Below, piece after piece: positions 38,106 through 55,479 of a DNA stretch of 64,000 bases. The DNA comes from the human T2T-CHM13v2.0 reference genome, Homo sapiens. The notes below the pieces were generated by a model. The model saw nothing but the letters and a program-made list of their open reading frames with translations. It did no database searches and was not told where the DNA came from. The stretch lies in assembly GCF_009914755.1 (NCBI RefSeq), contig NC_060930.1; one strand, written 5' to 3'. Numbering within the stretch: position 1 is the stretch's first letter; every line of letters starts with the position of its first letter. Position numbers and translations under genes: made by a program.

Positions 38106-40461
38106 TGCATTAGTTCATTTTCACACTGCTGATAAAGATATACCCAAGACTAGACAATTTACAAAAGAGAGAGGTTTAATTGGATTCACAGTTCCACATG
38201 GCTGGGGAGGCCTCGGAATCATGGAAGACAAGGAGGAGCAAGTCACATCTTACATTGATGGTGGAGGGCAAAGAGAGCAAGCTTGTGCAGGGAAACTCCC
38301 CCTTATCATACTGTCAGATCTCATGAGACTTATTCACCATCATGAGAACAGCATGGGAAAAACCCACCCCCATGATTCAATTATCTCCCACCAGGTCCCT
38401 CTCACAACACGTGGGAATTATGGGAGCTACAAGACCAGCTTTGGGTGGAGACACAGAGCCAAACCATATCACTCCACCCCTCCCAAATCTCATGTCTTCA
38501 CATTTCAAAACCAATCGTACTTTCGGAACAGTTCCCCAAAGTCTTAATTCATTTCCACATTAACTCAAGTCCACAGTCCAGTGTCTCATCTGAGACAAGT
38601 CAAGTCCCTTCTGCCTATGAGCCTGTAAAATTCAAAAGCAAGTTAGTTACTTCCTAGATACAATGGGGGTATGGGCACTGGATAAATACAGCTATTCCAA
38701 ATGTGAAAATTTGGCCAAAACAAAGGGACTACAGGCCCCATGCAAGTTCAAATCCAGCAGGGCAGTCAAATCTCAAAGCTCCAAATGTGAAAATTTGGCC
38801 AAAATAAAGGGACTACAGGCCCCATGCAAGTACAAATCCAGCAGGGCAGTCAAATCTCAAAGCTCCAAAATGATCTCCTTTGACTCCATGTCTCGCATCC
38901 AGGTCACAACGATACAAAAGGTGAGTTCCCATGGTCTTGGGCAGCTCTGCCTCTGTGGCTGTGCAGGGTACAGCCTCCCTCCAAGCTGCTTTCATGGGCT
39001 GGTGTTGAGTGTCTGCGGCTTTTCCAGGCATGTGGTGCAAGCTATTGATGGATCTACCATTCTGGGGTCTGGAGGACAGTGGCCCTCTTTCATAGCTCCA
39101 CTAGGCAGTGCCCCAGTAGGGACTCTGTGTGTGGGTTCCAACCCCACATTTCCTTTCCACAGTGCCCTAGCAGAGGTTCTCCATGAGAGCCTGCCCCTGC
39201 AGCAAACTTCTGCCTGGACATCCAGGCGTTTCCATACATCCTGTGAAATCTAGACAGAGGTTCCCAAACTTCAATTCTTGACTTCTGTGCACTTGCAGGC
39301 TCAACACCACATGGAAGCCGCCAAGGGTTGGGGGTTGCACCCTCTGAACCCATGGCCCAAGCTGTACCTTTGCCCCTTTTAGTCATGGCTGGAGTGGCTG
39401 GGATGCAGGGCACAAAGTCCCTGGACTGCACACAGCATGGGTACCTGGGCCTGGGCCACAAAACCATTTTTTCCTCCTAGGCCTTTGGGCCTCTGATGGG
39501 AGGGCATGCCATGAAGACCTCTGACACGCCCTAGAGACAATTTCCCCGTTTTCTTGGGGATTGACATTTGGCTCTTCATTACTTATGCAAATTTATGCAG
39601 CTGGTTTGAATTTCTCCTCAGAAAATAGGATTTCCTTTTCTATCACATTGTCAGGATGCAAATTTTCTGAACTTTTATGCTCGGCCTCCCTTATAAAACT
39701 GAATGCCTTTAACAGCACCCAAGTCACATCTTGAATGCTTTGATGCTTAGAAATTTCTTCTGCCAGATACTCTAAATCATCTCTTTCAAGTTCCAAATTC
39801 CGTAAATCTGTAGGGCAGGGGCAAACTGCTGCCAGTCTCTTTGCTAAAACATAACAAGAGTCACCTTTGCTCCAGTTCCCAACAAGTTCCTTATTTCCGT
39901 CTGAGACCACCTCAACATGGATTTCATTGTCCATATCGCTATCAGCATTTTGGGCAAAGCCATTCAACAAGTCTCTAGGAAGTTCCAAACTTTCCCACAT
40001 TTTCCAACTCCTGCCTGTTACCCAGTTCCAAAGTCACTTCCACATTTTTGGGTATCTTTTCAGCAGCTCCCCACTCTACTGGTACCAATTTACTGTATTA
40101 GTCTGTCTTCACACTGCTGATAAAGGCATACCCAAGACTGGGCAATTTATGAAAGAGAGAGGTTTAACTGGACTCATAGTTCCACATGGCTGGGGAGACC
40201 TCAGAATCATGGCAGAAGGCAAGAAAGAGCAAGTCACGTCTTACATTGGTGGCAGCAGGCAAAGAGAGAGAGCTGTGCAGGGAAATTCCCCCTTATAATA
40301 CCGTCCGATCTTATGGGACGTATTGGCTATCACAAGAACAGCATGGGAAAGACCCACCCCCATGATTCAATTATCTCCTGCCAGGTCCCTCCCACAACAC
40401 ATGGGAATTATGGGAGCTACAAGATGAGATTTGGGTGGGAACACAGAGCCAAACCTTATCA
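38106..40461 (-). mobile_element. Full-length THE1B-like MaLR element: 3' LTR 38106-38471, internal 38472-40093, 5' LTR 40094-40461
   Basis: Two direct-repeat LTRs with TG...CA ends; perfect 5-bp TSD ACATA (38101-38105, 40462-40466); ORF 39593-40000(-) is the THE1-internal ORF remnant (MWESLELPRDLLNGF...). Confidence 0.96.
38696..38869. repeat. 84-bp tandem duplication inside THE1-internal
   Basis: Units 38696-38779 and 38780-38863 differ at 2 positions and are bounded by TCCAAA. Confidence 0.95.
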
Positions 40462-41672
40462 ACATATATTTATGTATATAATCATTTTGATACATGTATA
40501 TATTGTGCAATGATTAAATAAAACTAATTAACATATCCATCACTTTACGTACTTACCACTTTTTAGTGGTAAAAACATTTAAAACATACCCTCTTAATAA
40601 TGTTCAATTATATAATACATTACTATTAGCTATAGTCACAATGCTGTACAATAGATCTCCAGAACATATTTCTCCCATCTAACAAACTATGTACCCACTG
40701 ACTAACATCACCCCATTTCTACTCCCTTCTCCCTCCCAGTCCCTGAAAATCACCATTCTACTGTCTGCTTTTATGAGTTTTACTATTTTAGATTGCACAT
40801 TTAAGTGAGATCATACAGTATTTGTCTTTCTGTGCCTGGCTTATTTTGCTTAGCATAATGTCCCCCAAGTTCATCTATGTTGTTGCAAATGACAGAATTT
40901 CCTTCTTTTTGTAAGGCTGAATAGTATCCCATTGTATGTACATGTATATGCCTATACTACATTTGCTTCATCTATTCATCCATCAACAGATACTTGGGTT
41001 GATTCCATATCTTGGCTACTGTGAATAATGCTTCAGTGAACATGGGCGTGCAGATATCTCTTCAACATACTGATTTCAGTTCCTTTGGATATATACCCAG
41101 AAGTGGGATTGCTGGATCATATGATTGTTCTATATTTAATATTTAAAAGAACTTCCTCACCATTTTCCATGACTGTACTAATTTACATTCCCACCAACAA
41201 TGTGCAAGGGTTTTCTTTTCTCTACTTCCTCACCAGCACTTGCTATTTGTTGTCTTTTTGTTAATAGCCATTCTAAAAGTGTGAGGTGATAGCTCATTGT
41301 GGTTTTAATTTGCATTTCTCTGATAACCAGCGATGATGAACATTTTTTCATATACTTGTCAGCCATATGTATGTCTTCTTTTGAGAAATGTCTTTTCAGG
41401 TCTTATGTCCATTTTTAAATCAGGTTGTTTTCTTGCTATTGAGTTGTTTGGGTTCTTGTATATTTTGGATATTAACCCTTTATCAGGCATTTGGCTTGTC
41501 AATATTTTCTTCTATTCTGTAGGCTGCCTCTTCACTTTGTTGTTTCCTTTGCTCTGCAGACGTTTTTCTGTTTGATGCAATCCCATTTGTCTGTTTTTGC
41601 TTCTGTTGCCTGTGCGTTTGAAGTCATATCCAAAAAATCATTGCCCAGACCAGTATCAAGAAACTTTTTCTT

Positions 41673-41970
41673 GGCCGGCTGTGGGGCTCACACCTGTAAT
41701 CCCAGCACTTTAGGAGGCCGAGGTCAGGAGTTCAAGACCAGCCTGACCAACATGGCAAAACCCCATCTCTACTAAAAATACAAAAAATTAGCCAGGCATG
41801 GTGGTCTGCGCCTGTAGTCCCAGCTACTCAGAGGGCTGTGGCATGAGAATCGCTTGAACCCAGGAAGTGGAGGTTGCAGTGAGCTGAGATTGAGTCACTG
41901 CACTCCAGCCTGGGAGACAGAGTAAGACACCATCTCAAAAAAAAAAATAATAATAATAATAATAATAATA
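41673..41970 (+). mobile_element. AluS with a short left-arm deletion and (TAA)n tail
   Basis: ggccgaggtcaggag lacks the usual gggcggatcac segment; partial TSD ctttttct. Confidence 0.95.
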
Positions 41971-43495
41971 TAGCTTTTTCTCTGTTTTTTTTTTTTTCTA
42001 ACAGTTTTACAGTTTCAGGTCCTATATTTAAACCTTTAATCCATTTTCATTTGACTTTTGTGGATGGTATGAGAGATGGGTTCACTTTCGTTCTTCTACA
42101 TGTGGATATCTAGTTTTCCCAACACTATTTATTAAAGAAACTGTCCTTTCCCCGTTTTCTGTTCTTTACACCTTTGTAAAATATCAATTGACCATAACTG
42201 TAAGGATTTATTTCTGAGGTTTCTATTCTGTTCCATTGGTCTATATGTCTGTTTTTATACCAGTATCATGCTGTTTTGATTACTGTGGCTTTATAGTATA
42301 TATTTTGAAAGTCAGGTATTGTTATGCCTCCAGCTTTGTTCTTTTTGGTCAAAACTGCTTTGATTATTAGGGGCCTTTTGTGGCTCCATATGAATTTCTA
42401 TTTCTGTTTTAAAAAGTCACCGGAATACTGATAGCAATCTCATTGAATCTGTAGATCACTTTGGGTAGTATGAACATTTTAACAACATTAATTTTTTCAA
42501 TCCATGAATACAGGATACCTTTCCATTTATATGTGTCTTCTTCAATTTTCTTCATCAATATTTTATAGTTTTTAGTGAATACATCTTCTGCTTTCTTAGT
42601 TAAATTTATTCTTAAGTTGGTTTTTTAAAAATTATAAATGAAATTGTTTTCTTAATTTCTTTTCCTGAAGGTTCATAGTTAGTGTATTGAAATGCAACTG
42701 ATTTTTGCATGTTGATTTTGTACCCTATAACTTTACTGAGTTTGTTTATTAGTTCTAACAGGTTTTATTCTGGTGGTGTCTAGGTTTTCAAGATCACATC
42801 ATTTACAAACAGAGACAAATTTTCTTCTTCATTTCCAATTTGAGTTCCTTCTATTTCTTTTTATTGCCTAATTGCTTTGGCTAGGAATTCTACTACTACA
42901 ATGAATAAAAATGGTGAGAGTGGGCATCCTCGTCTTATTCCAGATCTTAGTTAAATATCATGTTAATTGTAAGCCTGTCATATATGGCCTTTCTTATGTC
43001 ATGAAAGAATGTTGAATTTTGTCAAATGCTTTTACTGCGTCTACTAAGATGATCATATGGTTTTCATCTTTTATTCTGCTAATGTGGTATATAACATTGA
43101 TTTGTTTGCGTATGTCGAGTCATCTTGCATCCCAGGGATAAATCCCACTTGATCATGGTATATGATCTTTTTAATGTGTGGTTGAAGTCAGTTTTCAGTT
43201 TTACCTTGTTGAGGACTTTTGCATCTATGTTCATCAGAGATATTGGACTGTAATTTTTTTTTTTTTTTTGTAGTGTCCTTGTCTGGCCTTGGTTATCAGG
43301 GTAATGCGGGCCTTGTAAAATGAGTTTGGAAATGTTCCCTTCTCTTCAATTTTTTTAGGAGAGCTTGAGAAGCATTGGCATTAATTCTCCTTTAAACGTT
43401 TAGTAGAATTTGCCCCCAAAACCAAGCCACAGTATCTTTTTGAAGGTCCATGGCCCCATTCCCTAGTACCTGACTTAACAATAGTATTGACACCT

Positions 43496-43887
<392 letters not shown>

Positions 43888-44194
43888 CTAGGCCCTTGGG
43901 ACCTTTCCTAATCTTTTGGAATTAATTTATTGTTCATTTAATTCATGTGTTCCAGTACGCCTCTTTCAATTCTGCCTAGGTCATCACTCAAGCCCAGACA
44001 CCCTTGTCAGACCTCTCCTTGATGGCATGGACCTCTCTTCACATGAAAAACACCCTAAAATCATGAAAAGCAATAGGAGAGGGAAATGGAGGCAAGAAAA
44101 GAGACAGCAAAGACATAGTCATAAAGGAGGAAAGAGAAATAAGACATGTTCTATTGTGAAGTGCAAGGGATGTTTTGTTAAAGGGGTGGGGGCA

Positions 44195-44440
44195 GTGTTC
44201 CAATTATGGTGCAAGTGGTTAAAAGCAGGAGCTCTGGGGACAGAGTGACAGATTTGAGTCCAGCACTGCTGTTTACCAACTAGGTTAACTTAGGACAATT
44301 ACTTAACCTCTCTGGGCTCAGCTTCAATAGGTGAATAATAATACCACTTACCCTTATAACAGTTTGTGAAGACTAAGTATGTTAATTCATATCAATGCCT
44401 GGCACATAGTATGGACACAGTTAATGTTGGCTAGTATAAT
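44195..44440 (+). mobile_element. MIR SINE
   Basis: gtggttaaaagca...ttacttaacctctctgggctcag...tgcctggcacatagta. Confidence 0.85.
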
Positions 44441-45544
44441 GAAAACGATGTCATTTGGACTCCTGACTCTTACAAATATTTTAAACATATGAAAAATGGC
44501 TTAAAGTTGGCATGTATATGTGCTAAATTAGTGTGCTTATTCTCCCCAGGGAACAAAAAAGTGGGGGTGGGGATCGGCCCTGGAAGAGAACATAGGAGAA
44601 GAGCTTCCTTGGCCCTCTTCATTCATAGTAACCCAAGTTTCTTGTCTGGAAAGAAAGAGTCTGACAGATTATGACATATAGTTACTGTCAGGAGTGAAAA
44701 ACAACCTTGCAGTAAGTCTGTTTTTAATTTGTGTTTTTGAAAAATTGGGACTATGCTTTAAAATTCCCTGATTATTCAATGGTGAGGATGCAATTACAGG
44801 AGCATGATGCTTCCCCTGTCCTCAGAGGCAGCAACTCCCTAAAACAGAGCAAGCAGGCCTCCACTTTGTGTTGAGGATGGGGATTGTGGAGCCTCCTCCT
44901 GCAGTCCATAGACTGTGAAGGCTTCTGCTAAGCAAAGTCACCGCTGTGGCATTAAAAGCAGCATTCCCAGGGCTCCTCCTCGCAGCAGCCTGTGCTGAGC
45001 ATGCCCAGCTGCTTCCTCCACCCTCGCATCCTCTCCTCTGCTCAGTTCATGCCCTGGATGATGAGAACAAAAATAAAATGGGAATTGAAAAGAATTTGGT
45101 GTAACAGATGGGGATTTATCAAACGGAATTGGGTTTTTGATTTTTCAAAGCTAATGCCAATGTCAGTAACAAGAAAAGACCAGGAGATGGGTGCCTGGGA
45201 GAGGCGACTCTCTGCGCAGGGTGCAGGAATCTTGAATGGGAGCCTAGAGCCTCAGATGGTGGGAGTGCCAAGAAGAGGATTAATGACGAAAGGAAACACA
45301 GAGTTCTGGTCAGGAAGCCAGGCCACCAAAAGCACAAAGAAAGACTGAGTGACAGTCTTTGTGAAGAGAGCATAATCACTATAACTCTAGTACAGGCTGT
45401 GCACCCAGAAAGTCTGCTTCAGGGAATTGCTGTTGGTAGACATAAGGACCTCTGGGGCCAGGTGTCTAACCTGTTTTCACCAGGAGTCAAATAGAGAAGG
45501 GATCTTGCTTGTCAGGTAAGCAGAAGAGCAGTGCGTGAGCCCTG

Positions 45545-46055
45545 GGCAGAGTGGATGCTATCAGCTCTCAGCCCTGCAGATAATCCCTCCTTCTTCCTTC
45601 CTAACAGAGTCCCGATTTCTTTCTATGCAGTTTACCTTCCTCCATGCAGCCTATGGGCCTCAGGAAAAGCTGACCCCATGCCCAGTTCTAAGTGTGTGTT
45701 TCAGTAATTTAAAAGAAATCCCGTCCTCCTTTCCAGAGCTTGGTAAATGGTCACATGACCACTGAGACCAAGGAGAGACTTCCTAGAGCTTCTGCAGAAG
45801 TTCTTCCCCCACCTTCTGGAAGAGATCCTGGAAACTCCTCAGTGTTCTTTATGATGCAAGCTCAGAACCGCTGCCAGCCTAGGAATGCAGCCCACTAAGG
45901 AGAGAAGAGCCACAGAAACACAAAAACAAGGCCATGAGGTTGTGTCACTCAGAAGCCATTCAACCTTAGACTTCCAGTTTCACAAGCCAGTAAAATCCTT
46001 ATGGTTGAAGCCAGTTTGAGTTGGATACTTTTGTCACATAGCTGAAATATCCTGG
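45545..46055 (+). mobile_element. MaLR solo LTR (MLT1J/K-like)
   Basis: ccttcttccttcctaacagag...aagccagtttgagttgga...gtcacatagctgaaa. Confidence 0.6.
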
Positions 46056-46717
46056 AGAAAAGAAGGAAGGTGGGGAGGAGGGTGAGAAGAAGGAAGAAGA
46101 GAAAGAGAAGGAGGGGGACAAGAAGAAATGAAAAGGTTCTATTACAAGTAAGACTCAGAAAAATTAAGCAACTTGTAATGAATCAGTACTCCAGCTTGGG
46201 TCTAGCTGATTTTGAAAGTCCATCTTTTTCCATTCTTATCTCATGCAGCCTCTCCACAGTGAATAGCAGGAAGGAGCACAATCTTGTTTACCTGCCCGAA
46301 TAGGGTGTGCCCTGCATCTCCACATCAGCTGGTAAAGAGCTTTTGCTTGAGAAACAGAGGGCTGTATAAAAGAGAAAGGGAAAGGGTCCTAACCATGGAA
46401 CTCAGGCTTTAAAGGAGAAACCCAGATCCTACGGAAGTAGAGGAGGCAGGAACTGCTGGCTCTCCTTCTGTTCTGTGGCTTTCCTGGGCCATGTTTTATA
46501 ACAAGGAAAATTCTGGAGGTAAATGGGAAGGAAACTGTCAGCAACTCCCATTCTCAAGGGCTTAACAGAAAAAAAAGGTTGATTGATGGAGAAAATAAAA
46601 TACTATCCGTGGAGTTAAATATATTTTAAAAATCAGCACAAGAGCAAAGAAAGTCACACACTTCCTTTTGAGGCAAGTGAAATAAAGAATATAGCTCCCC
46701 CTTTAGGTCATGAGAAT

Positions 46718-46800
46718 TCATTACACATTCTATGCAAGTGTTAAAATATCACATGCACCCCATAAATGTGTGTAATGATTATGTATCAATAAAAAAGGAA
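46718..46800 (+). mobile_element. L1MA 3' terminal fragment
   Basis: cattacacattctatgca...aaatatcacatgcaccccataaat...tatgtatcaataaaaaa. Confidence 0.75.
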
Positions 46801-46900
46801 ATTCAATATGAACATGATTTGTCATGGACTAAGTACTTTTTTCTTGGAGAATGTTTTATTAAATGCATAAATGCTGTGACTATCAAAAAGGATACATTCA

Positions 46901-47383
<483 letters not shown>

Positions 47384-47479
47384 CTATGCCTATGCCTCTC
47401 CAAAGACTGTAACAGGGGGTAGGTAAAGTCACATGAGAAACATTATCATACACCTCAATTTCCTTGCCTCTCCTTCCTT

Positions 47480-47890
47480 TGTACTCACCTCAAATATCCA
47501 ACCCTGATTACACTCAACCATCCTTCTACTCTCCATTCATGTTCAAGCAGTTGTCTGGTCTCACTTTGAATTTGTGATCACAAATCTCAAGTGGGCCTTC
47601 AGTGCTGCCTGGCAATCCTGCTATATTCTCCTAATCAGTTTCTTTTATTACTCTCCCAATGATTCACAAGTTTTCCCTCCTTAAACCTCCAACACTCCCT
47701 GCCCTTCTCATTCTCGACCAATGGCTTCGCTTCTTATTTCAATGAGGAAATGGGTGCCATCAGGAGAGAATTCCACATCCTCCCATCATTGAACTTATCA
47801 ATTTTTTGTACAAACCAACTGCCCTTGTTTTTATCTCACAGTTCCTCCTTTTGTACATGGGATCTCAACTCTTCTCATCTGCTCAAGTGA
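47480..47890 (+). mobile_element. L2 internal fragment
   Basis: ctcaagtgggcct...ctccttaaacctcca...cttcttatttcaatgag pattern. Confidence 0.5.
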
Positions 47891-48188
47891 AAAGTTTCTT
47901 AATTGTGAAAAAAGCCTCAAGAGCTGATGAGATTCCTGTAAAGATATGCAAAATACCATGTGTATTCACATTTCTAAGAAAATATCTATAGCTTTTACAA
48001 AAATCTCAGACAAAACAAAAACATTTAGCCCCATTATTCTAAGAGCTAATAATAATAATAGCCATCCTTTATTAAGCCTTTGTCATATGCCTAGTACTAG
48101 CATAAATGAGTTAAATTCTCAACACAATTGTATGATAAAAATATTACCGTAGATAATGATAAAATAAGTACCTATATCACAGATGGAC

Positions 48189-48600
48189 TGTATTAGTCTG
48201 TTTTTATTGCTGTAAAGGAATACCTGAGACTGGGTAATTTATAAAGAAAAGAGCTTATTTGGTTTATTGTTCTGCAGACTGTGCATGAAGCATAGAGCCA
48301 GAATCTACTCCTGGTGAGGGCCTCAGGAAGCTTACACTCATGGAGAAAATTGATGGGGAGCCAGTATTTCACAGGGTGAGAGAGGGAGCAAGAGAGAGAA
48401 GGAGGAAGAGCCAGGCTCTTTTAAACAACCAGATCTCATGTGAACACACAGAGTGAGAATTCACTCATAACGACAGCACCAAGCCATTCATGAGGGATCT
48501 ACCACCATGACCCAAACACCTTCCACGAGGCCCCATCTCAAACACTGGAGATCACATTTCAACATGAGATTTGGAGGGGACAAATATCCAAACCATATCA
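48189..48600 (-). mobile_element. MSTB-like solo LTR inserted in a MIR (48050-48710)
   Basis: tgtattagtctg...ctggtgagggcctcaggaagctta...caagccattcatgagggatc...atccaaaccatatca; MIR resumes after 48600. Confidence 0.92.
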
Positions 48601-49148
48601 CGGGCAAACTGATGCTCAGATGCCCACAGATTTTAGATAACTTGCTGAAGTTTGCAGGAGTGGGATTTCAGCCCAGACAGATGCTCATGACCATCACACT
48701 AATTTTGCCTCCATGTTGTCACCAAGAACTGGCCACTTGAAGGATAGAGAATTTAGAATTATTTATTCCTTGTCCTCATATCATCTTTGGAAAACTAATA
48801 CACAAACGCATGTACAAATTCTCTGAAGAAAAATGTTATTTTACAACCAAATTGGCTCCAATAAAACAAGGCTGGGGGCGAGGTGGAGCCAAGATGGCCA
48901 AATAGGAACAACTCCAGTCTACAGCTCCCAGCATGAGCGATGCAGAAGACGGGTGATTTGTGCATTTCCAACTGAGGTACTGGGTTCATCTCACTGGGGA
49001 GTGTCAGACAGTGGGTACAGGACAGTGGGTGCAGTGCACTGAGCATGAGCCGAAGCAGGGTGAGACATCGCCTCACCCAGGAAATGCAAAAGGTCAGGGA
49101 ATTCCCTTTTCTAGTCAAAGAAAGGGGTGACAGACAGCACCTGGAAAA

Positions 49149-49331
49149 TCAGGTCATTCCCACCCTAACACTGCGCTTTTCCAATGGTCTTAGCAAACGG
49201 CACACCAGGACATTATATCCCGTGCCTGGCTCAGAGGGTCCTATGCCCACAGAGCCTCGCTCATTGCTAGCACAGCAGTCTGAGATCAAACTGCAAGGTG
49301 GCAGCGAGGCTGAGGGAGGGGCGCCCGCCAT
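49149..49331 (-). pseudogene. L1 antisense ORF0, 60 codons (truncated relative to the 71-aa L1HS ORF0)
   Basis: MAGAPPSASLPPCSLISDCCASNERGSVG... within track ORF 49149-49457(-). Confidence 0.8.
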
Positions 49332-49907
49332 TGCCAAGGCTTGAGTAGGTAAACAAAGTGGCCGGGAAGCTCGAACTTGGTGGAGCCCACTGCAGCTCAA
49401 GGAGGTCTGCCTGCCTCTGTAGACTCCACTTCTGGGGGCAGGGCACAGCCAAAACAAAAGGCAGCAGAAACCTCTGCAGACTTAAATGTCCCTGTCTGAC
49501 AGCTTTGAAGGGAGTAGTGATTCTCCCAGCACACAGCTGGAGATCTGAGAACAAACAGACTGCCTCCTCAAGTGGGTCCCTGACCCCCAAGTAGCCTAAC
49601 TGGGAGGAACCCCCCAGTAGGAGCAGACTGACACCTCACATGGCCGGGTACTCCTCTGAGACAAAACTTCCAGAGGAACGACCAGGTAGCAACATTTGCT
49701 GTTCACCAATATCCACTGTTCTGCAGCCTTCGCTGCTGATACCCAGGCAAACAGGGTCTGGAGTGGACCTCCAGCAAACTCCAACAGACCTGCAGCTGAG
49801 GGTCCTGACTGTTAGAAGGAAAACTAACAAACAGAAAGGACATCCACAACAAAATCCCATCTGTATGTCACCATCATCAAAGACCAAAGGTAGATAAAAC
49901 CACAAAG

Positions 49908-50922
49908 ATGGGGAAAAAACAGAGCAGAAAAACTGCAAAGTCTAAAAATCAGAGCACCTATCCTCCTCCAAAGGAATGCAGCTCCTCACCAGCAACAGAA
50001 CAAAGCTGGATGGAGAATGACTTTCACGAATTGAGAGTAGAAGGCTTCAGATGATCAAACTACTCCAAGGTAAAACAGGAAGTTCGAACCCATGGCAAAG
50101 AAGTTACAAACCTTGAAAAAAATTAGACGAATGGCTAACTAGAGTAACCAATGCAGAGAAGTCCTTAAAATACCTGATGGAGCTGAAAACCATGGCATGA
50201 GAACTATGTGACAAATGCACAAACCTCAGTAGCCAATTAGATCAACTGGAAGAAAGAGTATCAGTGATGGAAGATCAAATGAATGAAATGAAGCAAGAAG
50301 AGAAGTTTAGAGAAAAAAGAATAAAATGAAATGAACAAAGCCTCCAAGAAATATGGGACTATGTGAAAAGACCAAGTCTACGGCTGACTGGTGTACCTGA
50401 AAGTGATGGGGAAAATGGAACCAAGTTGGAAAACAATCTGCAGGATATTATCCAGGAGAACTTCCCCAATCTAGCAAGGCAGGCCTACATTCAAATTTAG
50501 GAAATACAGAGAATGCCACAAAGATACTCCTTGAGAAGAGCAACTCCAAGCCACATAATTGTCAGATTCACCAAAGTTGAAATGAAGGAAAAAATGTTAA
50601 GGGCAGCCAGAGAGAAAGGTCGGGTTACCCACAAAGGGAAGCCCATCAGACTAACAGCTGATCTCTCAGCAGAAACTCTACAAGCCAGAAGAGAGTAGGG
50701 GCTGATATTCAACATTCTTCAAGAAAAGAATTTTCAACCCACAATTTCATATCCAGCCAAACTAAGCTTCATAAGTGAAGGAGAAATAAAATCCTTTACA
50801 GACAAGAAATGCTGAGAGATTTTGTCACCACCAGGCCTGCCCTACAAGAGCTCCTGAAGGAAGCTCTAAACATGGAAAGGAACAACCAGTACCAGCCACT
50901 GCAAAAACATGCCAAATTGTAA
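49908..50922 (+). pseudogene. L1 ORF1p, disrupted
   Basis: ATGGGGAAAAAACAGAGC start and GCCAAATTGTAA end; several stops; remnant ORF 50513-50698 (PQRYSLRRATPSHIIVRF). Confidence 0.93.
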
Positions 50923-50984
50923 AGACCATTGATGCTAGGAAGAAACTGCATCAACTAATGAGCAAAATAACCAGCTAAATCATA

Positions 50985-54327
<3,343 letters not shown>

Positions 54328-55479
54328 ACAATGAGAACACATGGACACAGGAAGGGGAATGTCACACACTGGGGACTGTTGTGGGGTGGGGGGAGAGGGG
54401 AGGGATAGCATTAGGAGATATACCTAATGCTAAATGACGAGTTAATGGGTGCAGCACACCAACATGGCACATGTATACATATGTAACAAACCTGCACGTT
54501 GTGCACATGTACCCTAAAACTTAAAGCATAATAAAAAATAAAAAATAAAATAAAATAAAACAAGGCTGGGGGAAGCAAATGGCTTTACTCATAAGTAATT
54601 TAGGTGATATATTGCTTTTTATATTGTGCATCATTTTTTAATAAACTATTATGAGGTATTAGGCAAATTAAAAGTTATCGGCCTTCTGTAAATAACAAAA
54701 AGTACTTAAAATATTTACTAAGTGATTTATAACTGTTAAAGTGATCGAAGAAGGTAATTTAGCCTGTTCCTTGAACTCTGCATATTTAGACAATTAAAAA
54801 CTTGCTTGGTTTACATTTTAAAATGCCAAAATATGAGTCACTATCATACATCCTCACTTGTTATACATTGGCTACTATTTCATTTTCACTTCTTTATGCC
54901 TGGCATAATCCATGCACCGGATCAAGGGAATAGCACTTAAGATACTAAGCTGCCCCACTTTGAAGCTCATTTATCCTGGTACTCAGTGAAGAAAAACAAA
55001 TATTCTTCTGAAAACAAAACTGCCAAGATGTAGCCACGGTTCCATTGTTTCTTCACACTGCCTCTTCTTTGTTTCTTCATTTGCAAAAGTCGCAGGCAAC
55101 ATATTCAGATCTTTGGAATACATGAAAGCACTTTCTTGAGTTTCTGCAGTCTGTCAGAAAGTACAAAATCCTTGCGAATTCTCATTTTGCCACATACTAG
55201 GTACATTCCTAGCTACGGGATGCTGAGATGGGGATTTACCCAGGAAAACCAAAGTAGGAAGAAATCTCAACTCTCAGGTGCCCCTCTTCTGCAGACAGGT
55301 TTATATATACATGACATATGTGGCCAAAAATCCCTGAGCAGGGGTGTTTTTCCATCTCTAGCTACTACTTAAGCCAAAATCCTAAAGGTGGGGGCCAAAT
55401 CTGTGCCACATTTTCCAAACTTTACAATAAGATCCCCTTAGCCCTTTTAGTCCCTGCTCCAACTGTACTGAGCTTTGCC

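Larger units (their letters stand above)
38030..43410 (-). mobile_element. 5'-truncated L1MA (MA6-9-like), interrupted by THE1 and an Alu
   Basis: L1MA 3' end cagctttattaaggtataa; ORF 41178-41366(-) is an ORF2p remnant ([17 protein letters not shown]); flanked by tttgccccca at 38024-38033 and 43409-43418. Confidence 0.9.

Noticed and set aside
38663-39253. 196-aa ORF as a novel gene
   Set aside because: It lies wholly within THE1-internal sequence, antisense to the element, and is lengthened by the 84-bp duplication.
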